DNA of 64,000 nt, from assembly GCF_964194155.1 (NCBI RefSeq), contig NC_135889.1:100812001-100876000 (forward strand), in the 5' to 3' direction. The notes below the pieces were generated by a model that worked only from the letters and a program-made list of their open reading frames with translations, had not been told where the DNA came from and did not search any database. The position numbers and the translations under genes are program-made. Below are positions 12,035-26,479 of this stretch, one piece after another. Source of the DNA: Cetorhinus maximus. Its lineage: Eukaryota. Every line of letters begins with the position of its first letter. The first letter of the stretch is position 1.

Positions 12035-14838
12035 CTGCCAAAATTGGGAGAGCTGTCTCACAGACTAGCCAAGCAACAGCCTGACATAGTCATATTCATG
12101 GAATCATACCTTGCAGGTAATGTCCCAGACACCACCATCACCATACTTGTCTATGTCCTCTCCCAACAGCAGGATAGACTCAGCAGCAGAAGTGATATAC
12201 AGTTGGGAGGGAGTTGCCCTCAGAATCCTCAACTTTGACTCCAGACCCCTTGAAGCCTCACGGTATCAAGTCAAACATGGGCAAAGAAACATCCAGCTGA
12301 TTACCACATACCGCGCACACCACCCCCACCTCAGCTGATGAATCAGTACTCCTCCATGTCAAACCTAACTTGGAAAAAGCATTGAGGGTGGCAAGGGAGT
12401 AGAATGTAACCTGGGTGGGGGGACTTCAATGTTCGTCACCAAGAGTGGCTTGGTAGCACCACTACAGACTGAGCTGGCTGAGTCCTCAGGAACATAGCTG
12501 CTACATTGGGTCTGCAGCAAGTGGTGAGGGAACCAAGAAAGAAAAACGTATTTGACCTCAACCCCACCAACCTGCCTGCCGCAGATGCATCTGTACATGA
12601 CTGTATCGGCAGGAGTGACCACCACAAAGTCCTTGTGGAGACAAAGTCCTGTCTTCACATTGAGGATACCCTCCATCATGTTGTGTGGCAATATCACCGT
12701 GCTAAATGAGATAGATTTTGAACAGATCTTGCAACTCAAACTGGGCATCCATGAGGTACTGTGGGCCATCAGAAGCAGCAGAATTGTACTCAACCGTAAC
12801 CTGTAACCTCATGACACGGCATATCCCCCACTCTACCCTCATCACCAAGACAGGGATCAACCCTGGTTCAATGAAGAGTTCAGGAGGGCATGCCAGGAAC
12901 AGCACCAGGGATACCTAAAAATACCACCTGGTGAAGCTACAACACAGGACTACATGCATGCCAGACAACATAAGCAGCAAGTGATAGACAGAGCTAAGTG
13001 ATTCTATAACCAATGGGTCAGATCTAAACTCTGCAGTTCTGTCACATCCAGTTGTGAATGGTGGTGGACAAATAAGCAATTCACTGGAAGAGGAGGCTCC
13101 CCAAATATCCCCATCCTCAGTGATGGCGGAGCCCAGCACAACATTGCAGACAAAAAGGCTGAAGGCTGCAACAATCTTCAGCCAGAAATGCCAAGTGGAT
13201 GATCCATCTCGGCCTCCTTCAGAGGTCCCCAGCATCACAGATGCCAGTCTTCAGCAAATTTGATTCATTCCATGATATCAAGAAACAGCTGAAGGCACTG
13301 GATACTAGAAAGACCATGGGCCCTGATAAATTTCCAACAATGGAACTGAAGACTTGTGCCCCAGAACTTGCTGCGCCCCTAACCAAGCTGTTCCAGTACA
13401 GCTACAACATTGGTATCTATCCAGCAATGTGGAAAATTGCCCAGGTATGCCCTGTACATAAAAAGCAGGACAAATCCAACATGATCAATTACCACCCCAT
13501 CATCTTACTCTCAATCATCAGTAAAGTGGTGAAAGGCGTCATCATCAATGATATCAAGCGGCACTTGCTTAGCAACAACCTACTCACTGATGCTCAGTTT
13601 GGGTTCCGCGAGGGCTACTCAGTTCCTGACCTCATTACAGCCTTTCTTTCAAACATGGACAAAAGAGCTGAACTCAAGAGGGGAGGTGAGACTGACTGCC
13701 CTTGACATCAAGGAAGAATTTGACAGAGCACGGCATCAAGGAGCCCTATCAAAACTGGAGTCCATGGGAATCAGGGGAAAGCTCTCTGCTGGTTGGAGTC
13801 ATACCTATCACAAAGGAAGATGGTTGTGGTTGTTGGAGGTCCATCATCTCAATTCCAGGATATCACTACAGGAGGTCCTCAGGGTAGTGTCTTAGGCCCA
13901 ACCATCTTCAGCTGCTTCATCAATGACCTTCCTCACATCATAAGATCAGAAGTGGGGATGTGCTCTGCTGATTGCACAATATTCAACACAATTCATGACT
14001 TCTCAGGCACTGAAACAGTCCATGTCCAAATGTAGCAAGACCTGGACAATATCTAGGCTTGAGCTGACAAGTGGCAAGTAACATTTGCATCACACAAGTG
14101 CCAGGCAATGACCATTTCCAACAAGAGAGAATCTAACCATCACCCCTTGACATTCAATGGCATTATCATAGCTGAATCCCCCACCATCAACATCCTGGTA
14201 GTTACCATTGACCAGAAACTGAACTGGACTAGCCGTATAAATGCTGTGGCTGCAAGAGCAGGCCAGAGGCAGGGAATCGTGCGACAAGTAACTCACCTGA
14301 CTCCTGAAGCCTGTCCCGTATCTACAAGGCACAAGTCAGGGGTGTGATGGGTTACCCTCCACTTGCTTGGATGAGTGCAGCTCCAAAAACACTCAAGAAG
14401 CTCGACACCATCGAGAACAAAGCAGCCCACTTGATTGGCACCACATCCACAAACATTCACTCCCTCCACCACCGATGCACAGTGGCAGCAATGTGTACCA
14501 TCTACAAGATACACTGCAGGAACTCACCAAGGTTCTATAAACAGCACCTTCCAAACCCACAATCACTACCATCTAGAAGGACAAGGGCAGCAGACACATG
14601 GGAATGACATCACCTGGAAGTTCCCCTCCAAGCCACTTACCATCTCGACTTGGAAATATAGCGCTGTTCCTTCACTGGCGCTGGGTCAAAATCCTGGAAC
14701 TCGCTCCCTAACAGCACTCTAGGTGTACCTACACCACATGGCCTGCGATCATTCAAGAAGGCAGCTCACCACCACCTTCTCAAGGGCAATTAGGGAAGGG
14801 CAATAAATGTTGGCCTAGCCATGAATGGATTAAAGAAA
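12035..14838 (+). mobile_element. LINE (CR1/L2/Jockey group) near-complete ORF2: APE endonuclease plus RT, decayed
   Basis: EN N-terminus LGELSHRLAKQQPDIVIFMESYL and GRSDHHKV. RT motifs MGPDK..LKTCAPELAAPL, QFGFR, ALDIK..FDR, GPQGSVLGP. 3' UTR ends near 14838. Confidence 0.92.
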
Positions 14839-16001
14839 CAGGCAGCAGCAGCACCAACATTTTCAGCAGCTCAGTGTAACGTGGCCAACTTATTGCTAAA
14901 TTTGTGTTACATTTACAACATTAATTATTTGCTTTTAACATTTTCATTTGCTGAATGTTCTAGACATGTCCTTGAAATATGCTGTTTGTGATATAGTCAA
15001 ACCCCGATAAGGGAACAGCTTGTTTGTCTCAAAAATTTGTATTTGCTCGTCAGGAATTCACAGTTAAATATTAGTAAAATGATTCTGTTGCACTATTTTT
15101 TTTACATACTGAAGCAGAATAGCTTCCAAAATGTAAACTGTTTTATATTGTTATTGTTTCCAGTTTGCCATATTGGCTACAGAGCGAGCAATATACTCAA
15201 TCTTGAGGGAAAAAAAGACGCTTCACATGAATATACAACTCTACAGCATCAAATGCAATATATGTAGTCAGAAAATGAATTTCAGCATCTCTTCACTAAA
15301 GAGAAAGAATAATTTAAGTGGAGTGAACTGTACCAGGAATATGGAGAAATTAAGTATGTTGTAAATGGTTGGTGTTTTCTTGGAATGAACTCTTCATATG
15401 GCTGGCATGAAATGTTACTCTGGGTTGCAGACAGATTGAAAGTATGTTTGTCAAGGTGCTGGTCATGAAATTGAGTTTAAAAATAAAAATACAAACAGAA
15501 GAATGACAACAGCAGCGGTGTTAAAGATTGAATTAATTTTCTGACAAAAGTTTGCCTATGAGCTGCCCACTATTTCTGAAGCTGAGTGTTTAATTGTGTT
15601 GTGAAAGTGTTGCTCATTGGTAATTAAGTTGCAGTGACCTCCACATTGGCACTGTGATTGGCCATCATCGTTTGTACTTGGCTGAGAAAGTCATGTTTAG
15701 ATTGTTCAGTTGTGTCCTCCATATGTGTCTGTGTAAACATATAATGACAAATAGTCTTTGCAGATTTAAAGTCTGTTTATATCTGATTTATATGATTTAA
15801 AGTTTGTATTATTTTATCTTTATTTATATCTCAGTCAAAGATCAAAAGGTTAATTTTCCCTCCCACTGGAAACAATGAGAGCTTTTAACTTGCAGTTTGT
15901 CCTCTGTTTGTCTAATGGCTGCAACATTCTTTTGTGTAGACATGCTGACAAAGATTCTATACACTGTTGTGAATGATGGTTTAACATTGTCCTTTTATTT
16001 T

Positions 16002-16906
16002 GGGCTGAATTTTCCTGGTCCTGTGGTGGTGGGCCTGGAGGTTGGGGGTGGGTCCTGGAAAATTGGGGACATCCACATTGGGATGGCTCCCTGACACTTC
16101 CCACGGCCAGGGAACATTCCCAGAGCTGGGCTGAGAACAAGATCAGCTGCCTGCTCCATAAATGCAGGCAGCCAATTAAGATGGCAAGGGGCAATTTTGC
16201 TGCCTCCCTGGCATTTTGCCACCAGTGAAGCAGACCCCCACTGCCACCAACTCAATGTAGGCGGCTCCCCTGCTGAAGGCTTCATGCCCCAATGACAGGG
16301 CTGCGGACAAGGAAAGGCTGCAATTCTGCCTGAACCCAATACAGGGAGATACCTATGGACCTGTTTGCCTAGACTTTGTTCATTTCTGCACTGCTAGTGG
16401 GGCTTCAGTTCACAACTTTATGAGTTAAAGACAAAGCTTTGACCACTGAACCAAACATGAATTAAGGCCGTCAAATTCTGCCAGGTGTTCTGGAGACACC
16501 AGGGAAGTTTCTCAACATCTCTAAAAAAAAATGTAAAACATTTATATGAAAGTAATCCATTTCCTGCAGCTTCATGGAACTTTAGGATGTCAACAAGTAT
16601 AACCCATGAAAAAGTGAATAAATGTGCCTTCATACTGAGGTGCCCTCACAGGCCTTGACTTGTCTCAGTAGTGTCCACCTCTCTTGGTGGGCTGCTGCGG
16701 TTCCAGAGCTGCCGGCCCTCTGAGTCTGCCAGCAGCATTGAGTGGCCGCCTGTTATCCTTGATAGGATGATGAACATGGAGTTGATTAATTAGGAGGCCA
16801 TCTCCCGAAAGATTACTGAGCCAGTCTCTATGCCGGCAAGTACAGGCTCGGGATCCCAGTTTGGTCCTGCTGTCAGGGTCCTGAAGCCTGCAGCAAAATC
16901 CAGCCC
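16002..16906. mobile_element. Harbinger-type MITE
   Basis: TIRs GGGCTGAATTTT / AAAATCCAGCCC with TTT on both sides. No coding capacity. Confidence 0.8.
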
Positions 16907-17084
16907 TTTGTTTTCACTTCCCAAAGATATGGCCAACCCATGGACATATTGGGGACTGAAATAGGGTCCAAGGCCACTGAAGAAAGTTAAGTAAATCCAA
17001 ATTGAGTGCAATTGTGAACCTGAATCTATCTGTTACACAAGCCATTCATGGCACTGCAATTACATTTATTCGCATCTGTGAGAA

Positions 17085-17842
17085 GCATCTGTGGAGAGAG
17101 AAACAGAGATAACGTTTCAGATTGATGATCTGATTAAAAGTCATGCACCTGAAAGGTTGGGATGAATTTTGTGCAGGCGGCAGAAGTCCCACCAAGGGAT
17201 ATGTTGAGGCAAATTCCCGGCAGTGGATAAAAAAGTGGCGTCACCATCCCAATTAAGGATAGAAGCCCGCCCCCAGCAGCTACCAGCTCAATCAGAGGGC
17301 CAACAGCTCAGCAGCTTCAGCAGCATCACCACAGGCAGTGGTCATTGCTAAGGCCACAGCTGCAAGGGCTGAGCAACCTCAAAGACGAGTAAGTGGGATT
17401 GGAGGACACTGCAGCCAGGCAGACAGGCCCTGGCAATCGGGGCTATGGGGTGGATGATCATGAAGTACAGGAGATGCTGTTACCATGGGGGCGACCATTC
17501 CCGCTGAGGTGACCCCTCTGTGGGTCGTGGATTTCCCAAAAAGGGGGCCATCCTGCTCCAGCCCCCAACCAATTCCTCAGAGTCCACTGGGAGGCTGCCA
17601 GATTTCACTGGACAGTCTCCCCACACGGCAGAGCAAAATGCCTGTGGAGCCAGGAATTGGCTCTTAGTTGACTACTTGAGTGGCTCAATTCGGCTTTTGG
17701 GAGGTGGAGTGTATGCCAGCTTTTCTGCCGCAGGCAAAATAGCACGGTAGCGGGAAGACGTCGGACCTTCCCATGCCATTATGCCGTCTCCACAGTTGAT
17801 GCCAAACTTGCTCAGTATTTCCAACGCTTTCTGTTTTTATTT
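17085..17842. mobile_element. Penelope-derived hairpin element split by a Harbinger-type MITE (about 17159-17783)
   Basis: Left arm gcatctgtggagagagaaacagag, right arm tctccacag...ttccaacgctttctgtttttattt. The insert begins GGGATGAATTTT. Confidence 0.65.
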
Positions 17843-17849
17843 AAGTTAA

Positions 17850-18070
17850 AATAAGGTCCTGTCTACTCGTTCAGGTGGCACTGTTTGAAGAAGAGTAGGG
17901 AATTTGTTAACATTGTCAAAAGCCCTGGCTAACAGCTCATACTAACAAAAGAGGAAAGCCAGTCATTATCCCTGTTTCAGTTTGTGGGATGTTGCTATGT
18001 GACAATTGCCTACATTTCAGTGACTACACTTCAAAATAATTAATCAGTGATGAAGGGTTTGGGACAAACT
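17850..18070 (+). mobile_element. DeuSINE-like SINE fragment
   Basis: Similar to 57330-57600 (aaggtcctgtct..tcaggtgg..tttgaagaagag..gtttgtgggat). Confidence 0.6.
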
Positions 18071-19557
18071 GCAAATTCTTTTTAACAAAGCAAGTCTGTG
18101 TGAAAAGAAGAATGCTATTTAATCATTTCAGATGATGTGAATATTCAATATTAATTTTACTTGGAATAATTGCATCTGAGATTTGAATTGATTTTCAAAC
18201 TAAACAAACTGTGTTGCACTTTTGTAGATGTGAACTACATTAGTTCAGGTGACATTAGATTCAGATCTTTGGAATGGGAGACCACCTCTACTTGCAAATT
18301 TTTAATCTATTGCCATTAGATCCAAATAGACAATAGGTCTGTGGAGTCAGTCAATGGTCCAAGGAAAATCTATCTCTACTCATTGCATATTGTCCACCCC
18401 TTTGTTCACTCCCAGCTTTATCTTACATGCTTCAAATAGAATCTGATACCTGGCCATTAATTAAATAATTGTATATATGTATGTTAATGAGCATATTTTT
18501 TGGATCTATAGTAGAACATGGCCTATAAATAAATGAGGACAGAAAAATTATAGGAAAGAAAGTGATTAGAGGAATCCTTCAAATCACACAGAGATTAAAT
18601 GTTTTACCAAGCATTTTGAAATTAGGAAGTCTTTTAATGTGAGAGCCTTTCTTCATACACCAAATAATCATAAATCTATTTTTTTCCAAATAAAATGTAA
18701 AATGAAGTAATTTTTTAGCCTTCAAATGACTTATGAAACAACAGTTACACACACTGGCAGTCATATAAAGAAATAATTAACATTGAAACTGTAAAAAAAT
18801 ACATTTTGTGATTTGGAATGGACAAAAAAAAAGAATACTATAAAAGAACATGTAAAACACAACTGTTGTTTTGCAGCATTAGTCTAATATAATCCTACTT
18901 TCCTCTCTAAGTGCAATGCTTCATTACAGATCCAAGAAGCTGGTCAAGTTGGGCTCATAAGTGAATTATCAGCCTGCCTGATGTCATGATTTTATGCTGA
19001 AATAATGGCACCAACCACTATAAGGGATTGTGTAAACATGTTGTTGGTTCATCTATTTAAACTAGACACATGAGAATGGATATACATGGATAGAAATCCT
19101 GAAGCCATCAGCAGTAGAGCTGTGGGTGTCATGTGCTCTGCTCACAGGCGAAAGTAAAATCAAAATTGGATCACATGACACACTTCCCTTCTAATGATGG
19201 CATGCTGCTATCCCTTAAAGGCATACTGCAACACCTGATATTTCCCTCTCCAGTGACAGCGTTATGCACTGGTCACCTTGCATGCAAATTCAATGGGCAA
19301 GAGGCAATTCAGAAACCATTAGCAACAGTTTCAGTACAACAGTGGATGCACCTCAAAAATATTTTATTGGCCTTAAAGCATTTTGGGATGTCCTGAGGCC
19401 ATGAAAGGTGCCATATCAATGCTGGTCTTTCTTTAAACTGCTGTGTACCCCAAATTAGTTTTTGAGTTATACAACAACTTTAATTATGTACATTTCCTAA
19501 GTTTAACTTAAAATGTGTTTGCCATGTTCCATTGCCCAGTATATAGGATTGGCAGTT

Positions 19558-19950
19558 AAAGAAAGAACTTGCATTTATATATCATCTACCATGGCCTCAG
19601 GATGCCCAAAAGTATAATATTACATGTAAGTGTAGTCACTTGTTTTGTAGACAAATGCAGCAGTAAGACCCCACCAAAATGATCAGTTAATCTGTTTCTG
19701 GTGGTGTTGGTAAGGGGATAAATGTTGGCTAGAACACTGCCAGAACTCCCTTCTTCTTCCTCAAATAATGCCGTAGGATCTTTTACATCGTCCTGACAGG
19801 GCAGACAGAGCCTCATTTTAACATTTCACCTCAATAATGGCACCTCACAACATGCAGCATTCCCTCAGTGCCACATTGAGATGTCAGCCAAGATTTTGTG
19901 CTCAAGTCTTGGATTGAGTTGAGCATGCAGCTACTGAGCCGAGGTGAACA
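19558..19950 (-). mobile_element. DeuSINE-like tRNA-headed SINE
   Basis: Reverse complement of the 57254-57640 body, with L2-type tail aaagaaagaacttgcatttata. Confidence 0.7.
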
Positions 19951-20293
19951 TGAGGTAATATATATCCTCATTCTCTATTGGGTTTTAGATGAGTTGGCCT
20001 CAAAAACCTTGCGATGACATGCATCTGAATGTCCCTCCAATCTTGTGAAAGAGCACCTCACTTGTGTATCACATCAGTACCATTACTAGGAGCGGAAGAT
20101 ATGTAGAAATCACAGGTGCAAACATGTATTCTAGTTCTCTATGAAAACACATATCTGTAGAATTCTAACTTACTTCGTGTGTTCACATTCGAGGTGTAAA
20201 TACATTCCATGCCAGCAGATAACAATATCATTTTTGTCTGGTGCACATCAATAATATAATCATTTATGTATAATAGCGAATTGAAAAGTCATT

Positions 20294-23200
20294 GGCTGGA
20301 ATTTTCCGGCCCCGTTGGCATTGGGTGTGGGAGAAGAAGGTCTAGGTCTGACTGGGAGAGGAAGGTGTACCGGATCGGGGCATGGGGGAAGAGGAAGGCC
20401 TAGGTTTGACTGGGAGAGAAAGATGTACTGGGGAGGTGTGGGGGGAAGGTTTGAGGTTGGGAGGGGAGGACAAAGATGTCAGGGGAGGGCTGAGTTTGGG
20501 AGTGGGGGATGACACCCAAGGTGTTGGGGGGGGTAAGGTTGGGGGCTGAGGGAGTACAGGGGAGGAGGGTGTAATGGGGGGAAATGCAGCTAGTAGGGAG
20601 GTAGGTGTAAAGGGGAAGGAAAGTGTAAGGGAGGGAGTTCGGAGGGAGGCAAGGAGTCCAGGGGGAGAAAGGTGTCTGGAGCTGGGGGTGGGGGGGGAGG
20701 GTGGTGGGGCAGGGGGAGGGAGTAAGGGTGGAGGAGGAAGTAAGGATGGAGTAGGCTGTAAGGTATGGAAGATATCTGGGTGAACATGCAAGGGAGAGGT
20801 CTATGGAGTCAATGACTGCCTCTTGGAGAGCGGACTGAGGGTGGACATGGTAGGAGGGAATGGTGAATATAAGAGGGGGCAGAGGAAGCCGGAGGGGTGG
20901 GGGAGTGAGGGTGCGTCGGTAGTGATAGAAGAGATGGTGAGGGTGGTTGGTCGGGACTCAGAGGTAGTCACAGACCCTGGGGGTGGGATGGAAGATGTTG
21001 GGGAGGTCAATATGGATGGGGGTGGGAATCTCAGGAAGGTAGGAATGCGAACATTCACCTGGACATCCTGGAAAGATTGATTGTCGTATGAGGAGAGGTT
21101 GGGTCGACTCGGCCTGCATTCACTGGAGTTTAGAAGAATGAGGGGATCCCATTGAAATGTGTACAATTCTGACCGGGATGGACAGACTGGATGCAGGGAT
21201 GATGTTTCCTCTGGTTGGGAGCATCTGGAACAAGGGGTCACACACTCAGGATATGGGGTAGGCCATTTAGGACTGAAATGAGGAGAAACTTCTTCACTCA
21301 GAGGCGGTGGGCCTGTGGAATTCTCGATCACAGAAGGCTGTGGAGGCCAAGTCAATGAATATATTTTAAAAGGAAATAGATTTTTAGGCTCCAAAGGCGT
21401 CATGAGACGTGGGCAGATGTCATTGAGATAGAGGATATTGAATGGCGGAGCAGGCTCGAAGGGCTGAATGACCTACTCCTCATCCTATTTTACATGTTTC
21501 TATGTTTCTACAAGGGTTGGGATGGCAGGTGACGGTGGGGAGGTGGAAGGCGATGCCAGGGGTGTTGACAGTGGTGGAGGAAAGGACATGTGTGACTGGG
21601 GGAGGGGAAAGAACAATGGGAGGGTTGAGCAAAAATCTGCCTATGATCGTCGTTGTCGCAATCGAAAGTGAGCGGAGTCTCGTGTTGGACGGGCACAGGT
21701 GCTGCATGGGAGTGGGGTCAGTGGGTGGGTGGAGATGCAGGTCAGCTCAGATGGACAACTGAAAGAGAACCCCAGCAGGCAGCACTGAAAATGCTCAGGA
21801 CAGTGAGATGAGTGTGAAGGATGAAGGCTCCATGGGCGTGGGAGAGTGTTTGCACGAAGCTCCGAAAGGTCCTGCCACACACACACTTCTCCCTCCAGAG
21901 TCATTCATGGTCCAGCTGCCTGCAGCTGAACTGCTTGTGGAGTGGGGTATGCAGCGGGAGGACTCGTGAAGCCTGTCAATGAAGTGGAAAGACATTACAC
22001 ATTATTCAGTGAAAATGTATATATTTTCAGATTATGAAGTGACCAACTGTGTCCACCCATACAACCACTTGTTATCAGAATTTCTTAACTTTTCTAGAAC
22101 TACCACTTCTTCTAGGTGCTGTCCTGACATTTGCAGTGTGTGTGGAGACAGCCTGTGCAATGGTTGGCCCAGTTGCCTCTGATGACTTCGGTGTGTGTCC
22201 TATGGACAGCCAAGGCCTTGAGGGCCCAGGCTTGCTTTGGCTGTCCTCCTGTGGGCCAGCTGCTCCCTCTACGATGACAGGGAATGAGGTTGATGGGTCC
22301 ACAGACAAAGGGGTCTCTGAGATTCCTGACCCAGTGTTGTCCAGCTGCCGCTCCTCCTCCCTTTGGGTGCCCGGCCTGAATCCCTGAGGTGAAGGAGCAT
22401 CTGGAGGGATGTCGAGATGTCCCATTTCCCTCTTACGTTGCCACTGCAGGAACTCACCCATGGCTACCGTGTTGGAATGTAGGTCTGAGCGCATCTCCAC
22501 GTTCTGCTGGTTCAGGGCCTCCAAAGCACCCGCCATCCTTCCCATGGAGGCCTCCATATGCGCACATGTGGGTACCACTTCATCAGAGAGCAGGTCGTGA
22601 ACCCGAGCCTGCTCAAGAATTGGGCCCACCGAGGTGTGTGTCTCTGGATGTGGGTAAGCGCTGTGACAGGTTTTCCAGGCTGCTTGTTTTCAGCTCTTCA
22701 ATAGACGAGGTGTTCTGTTCATTGGAGGTGAGGAGTTGGATGGAGTTGAGGGGCTGGCTGGCTGAGGGCATTGGTCACTTGGCAGAGCTCCCTGTGAATC
22801 AAAGTAGAGATAATTAGTGCGTTGAGAGAGGGATAAGTGGTGCAGGATCCTCATGTGGATGTTTGCCACTGACTTCACCATCGCCGTAGACACAGTCCAT
22901 GCCCTCACCAGTCAGTGCAATGGCATGCTCTTCAAAGTGAGTGAAGGGCCTAATATGGGCCTGGAGCCTCTCCCTGCTGTTGTGAGCCAGCTTCTCCTGA
23001 ATGGAAACAGATGGAATGAGCATGAGCAGGATGCATGGCACTGCATGGAATGTTTGTGTGTGGAGCGGAGCCACGGATGGGATGACGATCGAGCTTCAGA
23101 GGATGTGAGCCTGATGGAGATGTGAGGGTGTGTGTGAGATTTGGTGGCGTTGTCCTTTGAGGTGTGAGCTCCCTGTGGGTGTGTGACAGGTTCATGAGTT

Positions 23201-23740
23201 TTAGTTGAGAGTGAAGAGGTGGTTGACTTACCCTGGTGGAACAGATGACAGCATTCATCCTCTTCCTGCACCGGATGGCAGACATCCTCTCTGCTCTGGT
23301 GGCACTAACTGCTGCTAGCACTGCCTCCCAGGCCAGATTGGTTACTCTGGTGGACCTCCTGCGGCCGGAGTGGGGTAGAGGACATTACGGTGGCCTTCCC
23401 CTGTGTCCAGCAAGTGCCCCAGAGAGGCACCACTAAATTTGCCACCTTCTTTGCTTTCAGGACCACCTGTCACCTGGAGCAATCCTGGTCTATAGACATG
23501 GAGTAGGCACGCGCTTTGAGCGCTTTAAATATGGTGCCCGAGTGAGGAAGCGCTAAGGTCATGGCGGGGCTGGCAAATCCGAGTCTGCCCACTAGTGATT
23601 AGGAGTGTTTCTGGTGAATGCGTTATTAATGAGGTGGGACACGCTGGGAATGGGATGATGCAGCGCCATAACCCACCATAACGGCCAGCGGGTAAAATGA
23701 CCTTTTTCCCACTTTCTGCAAATTTGGGATGATTCCATAC
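20294..23740 (-). mobile_element. Harbinger derivative with spliced Myb/SANT-like gene remnants, G-rich insert and nested CR1
   Basis: Left end GGCTGGAATTTTCC after ATT, degenerate right end GGGATGATTCCATAC before ACT. Minus-strand Myb exon (AVSAT..RMSAIRCRKRMNAVICSTR|gtaagt, about 23232-23465) and downstream coding remnants such as 22075-22629. Confidence 0.7.
21078..21510 (+). mobile_element. CR1 LINE 3' fragment
   Basis: YEERLGRLGLHSLEFRRMRG, gaggagaaacttcttcactcagag, and an atgtttctatgtttcta tail. Confidence 0.9.
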
Positions 23741-25339
23741 ACTGTTATTAACAGTTTAGCCATTTAAAATACATTTTATTGTTGAACATTATGAACCTTA
23801 AAGCGCAATTGGTTTTATTTCTCCCACTGCATGGCCCTGTTATTCGTTAAGTCATTTCCGTTTTCAATGTACCTGAAAAAGAGATTGGATCTATCTAAAG
23901 AATCAGATGACCTAAACAGTAGTAGATCCAGCACAAAAGTATTTGACCAGAGTAGGAATGTCTTTGGGCCTGCAGTCAGTTTAAATGGGTATGTTGAATG
24001 GTTGCGGGTCCTGTAGATAGACTCAGTGTAAACTGTAGCCATGAACATAAACTACATACAGTGAGCTTTCTATCCTAGTCACGAATTAATGTTGCACAAA
24101 TATGATGGGAGAAGCAGTCGGAGGTGAGTCATCGCAAACTATTCTCAATAAACTCTTTGGGGTCAGTTTATAGGCAACGTTAGAAAAAAAGCAGGAAAAT
24201 AGATTACCTGTCTGCCCTATCAAATGGGCAATGGAACATGGCTAGGCAGGTCCAATTTGTGAGATTGTGCAAGAATTTCTCTTTGGAAGAATACTCAAAG
24301 AAAAATGCTGTTTCTCATTCTTTTAGGAGATGAAACAATTGTTTAAATGATGACTTGAACAACAAGAGAAAAACCTGGAAGAGTCCAGCTTTTAGTGTCT
24401 TTTTTTTTAACTAGAGACAGCACATTTCAAATCTGCTTTGATCATTTGTTCCAAAATTCTGCCAAGTTATTAAGTTGCAACATTTTAATTTGCCACTAAT
24501 TATAGATTAAATCATCTTTGTGCTATAGATTTCAAAGCAGGCTTTACATAGATCAGAAAAGTTTTATGAAGTGCCATGTTGAACATTAAAAAATGGTTGT
24601 TACAGAATAATTTCCTGCAAATTATTTTAACAGTTTGGCATCTGGCATTACCATATCACTTCTTTCAGATCTGTAAAGATTTCTTAAAAAGTCAATAACC
24701 TTTAAGGGCTGTGAATAGTCATCGGATGATCTGCATGTTCCTAACAGACTGTCACATCTGTCACCACGTTTTACAACCAGATCATCAAAAATGCCCTTCA
24801 CAGAAGTACAGGCTGAGGTGTTAAGAGCAATCAGTGCACTTAACACATTCATTTGATTAATTTAATTTAGAAATATTCAACCAGAAAATGAAATTATTAG
24901 CAGGTTGGTGCATTTAGAATAAATGTGTTGCAGAATAGCAGGCAGGAGTATGACATGTTACAACACTAGGTATAGGACTCATGTTAAATAATGACATCCT
25001 CAACTCAATCAAGGAATTGCTACCTGAGAAGATGGTGAATAGTATCAATTTAAGTATCATTTTCTGTATAAATCCCCCGAGAACTGTGTGGGAATGGCTA
25101 GTGATTATGCTGAAATGTTATATTTGATGTGATGGCTGAATGTCTTTAATCCATATGGCACAGCTCACCTCTGGAGTGCTGAGCTATCTCATCCTCTCTT
25201 TTACTCAATTTACATGGCAGCTGTTAATTAAGTTTATACTATATTTGTTGCTGTCACAATTGAAATGTAGACATCACCATCAATATATCTTTCAACATTC
25301 AGCTATATTTGACTTCAGCTAAAGTATTATGTCCAAATC

Positions 25340-26470
25340 CAGACACTACACTCTAGGAAGGAGGTCAAGGCCTTGGATGTAGAGGAGATATCCAGAATGA
25401 TACCAGGGATAGTGAACATTTTTTATTTGTTCATGGAATGTGAGCATTGCTGGCAAGATCACCATTTGTTGCTCATCCCTAATTGCCCTTGTTAAGGTGA
25501 TGGTGAGCCACCTCTTGTACTGTTGCTGTCCATCTGGTGTAGTTGCACCTACAGTGCTTTTAGGAAAGGAGTTCCAGGATTTTGAGCCAGTGACAGTGAA
25601 GGAACAGTGACACAGTTCCAAATCAGGATGGGGTGTGGCTTGGAGGGGAACTTGTAGGTGGTGATGTTCCAATGCATCTGCTGCTGTTATCTTTGTAGGT
25701 GGTAGAGGTCATGGATTTGGAAGACGCTGTTGAAGGAGCCTTGGTAGTTGCTGCAGTGCATCTTGCAAATGGTACACACAGCACTTATATGGAGAGACTA
25801 GAGAAGCTGAGATTGTTCTCCTTAGACAAGAGAAGTTTAAGGGGAGATTTAATCACATTGTTCAAAATTATGAGGAGTTTTGATAGGGGAAATAAGGAGA
25901 AACTGTATTTACAGACAGATGGATTGGTAAACAGAGGACACTGATTTAAAATAATTGGCAGAATAATGTGGCAATCTTCGGTTCTAGAACTGATAATTAA
26001 GAATCTGAACCAAGATAATGTAGCAGGATAGATCACATCCCTTGAATGAAGACACACAAGTAGAACCACCCTAGGACATGACAAAGCCTTAAGTCTATTA
26101 CTATGGTTTGAATTGAATCATCCTGGCAATCCTGCTTTAGTTACCACCTGCTGGCACTATGCATTTAAGAGGAAGCTAGATAAGTACATGAGGGAGAAAG
26201 GAATACAAGAATATACTCATAGGATTAGAGGAGGGGTGGGAAGAGGCTTGTGTTGAGTATAAATATTGACGTTCAAGGCCATGGGCCAAGTGCTGGTAAA
26301 TGGGATTAGGTAGGTAGGTCAGGTGTTTCTCATGTATCGGTGCAGACTCGATGGGCCGAAGGGCCTCTTCTGCACTGTGATTCTGTGATTCTGTGACACG
26401 TCATAACATAGAGCAGTTGGATCAAATGGCCTGTTTCTGTGCTGTAGTTTCGATGTGATTCTGTATAATT
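25340..26470 (+). mobile_element. Fragmented CR1 3' region interrupted by other retroposon fragments
   Basis: YMERLEKLRLFSLDKRSLRGDLITLFKIMRSFDR at about 25787-25890. 3' end aaatggcctgtttctgtgctgta near 26440. Nested (ctgtgatt)n-tailed fragment at about 26275-26395. Confidence 0.75.
25418..25782 (-). mobile_element. 3' fragment of the same LINE family as 12035-14838
   Basis: Reverse complement aligns with about 14480-14835. Confidence 0.85.
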
Positions 26471-26479
26471 CCAGTGGCA

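Noticed and set aside
20342-21403. Long Pro/Ser-rich ORFs (149 aa and 200 aa) on the minus strand
   Set aside because: By-products of C-rich low complexity and antisense CR1 sequence; no domain motifs.
23815-24852. Short ORFs 23815-24048 and 24622-24852 as host exons
   Set aside because: No recognisable homology or convincing paired splice sites; lengths are consistent with chance.
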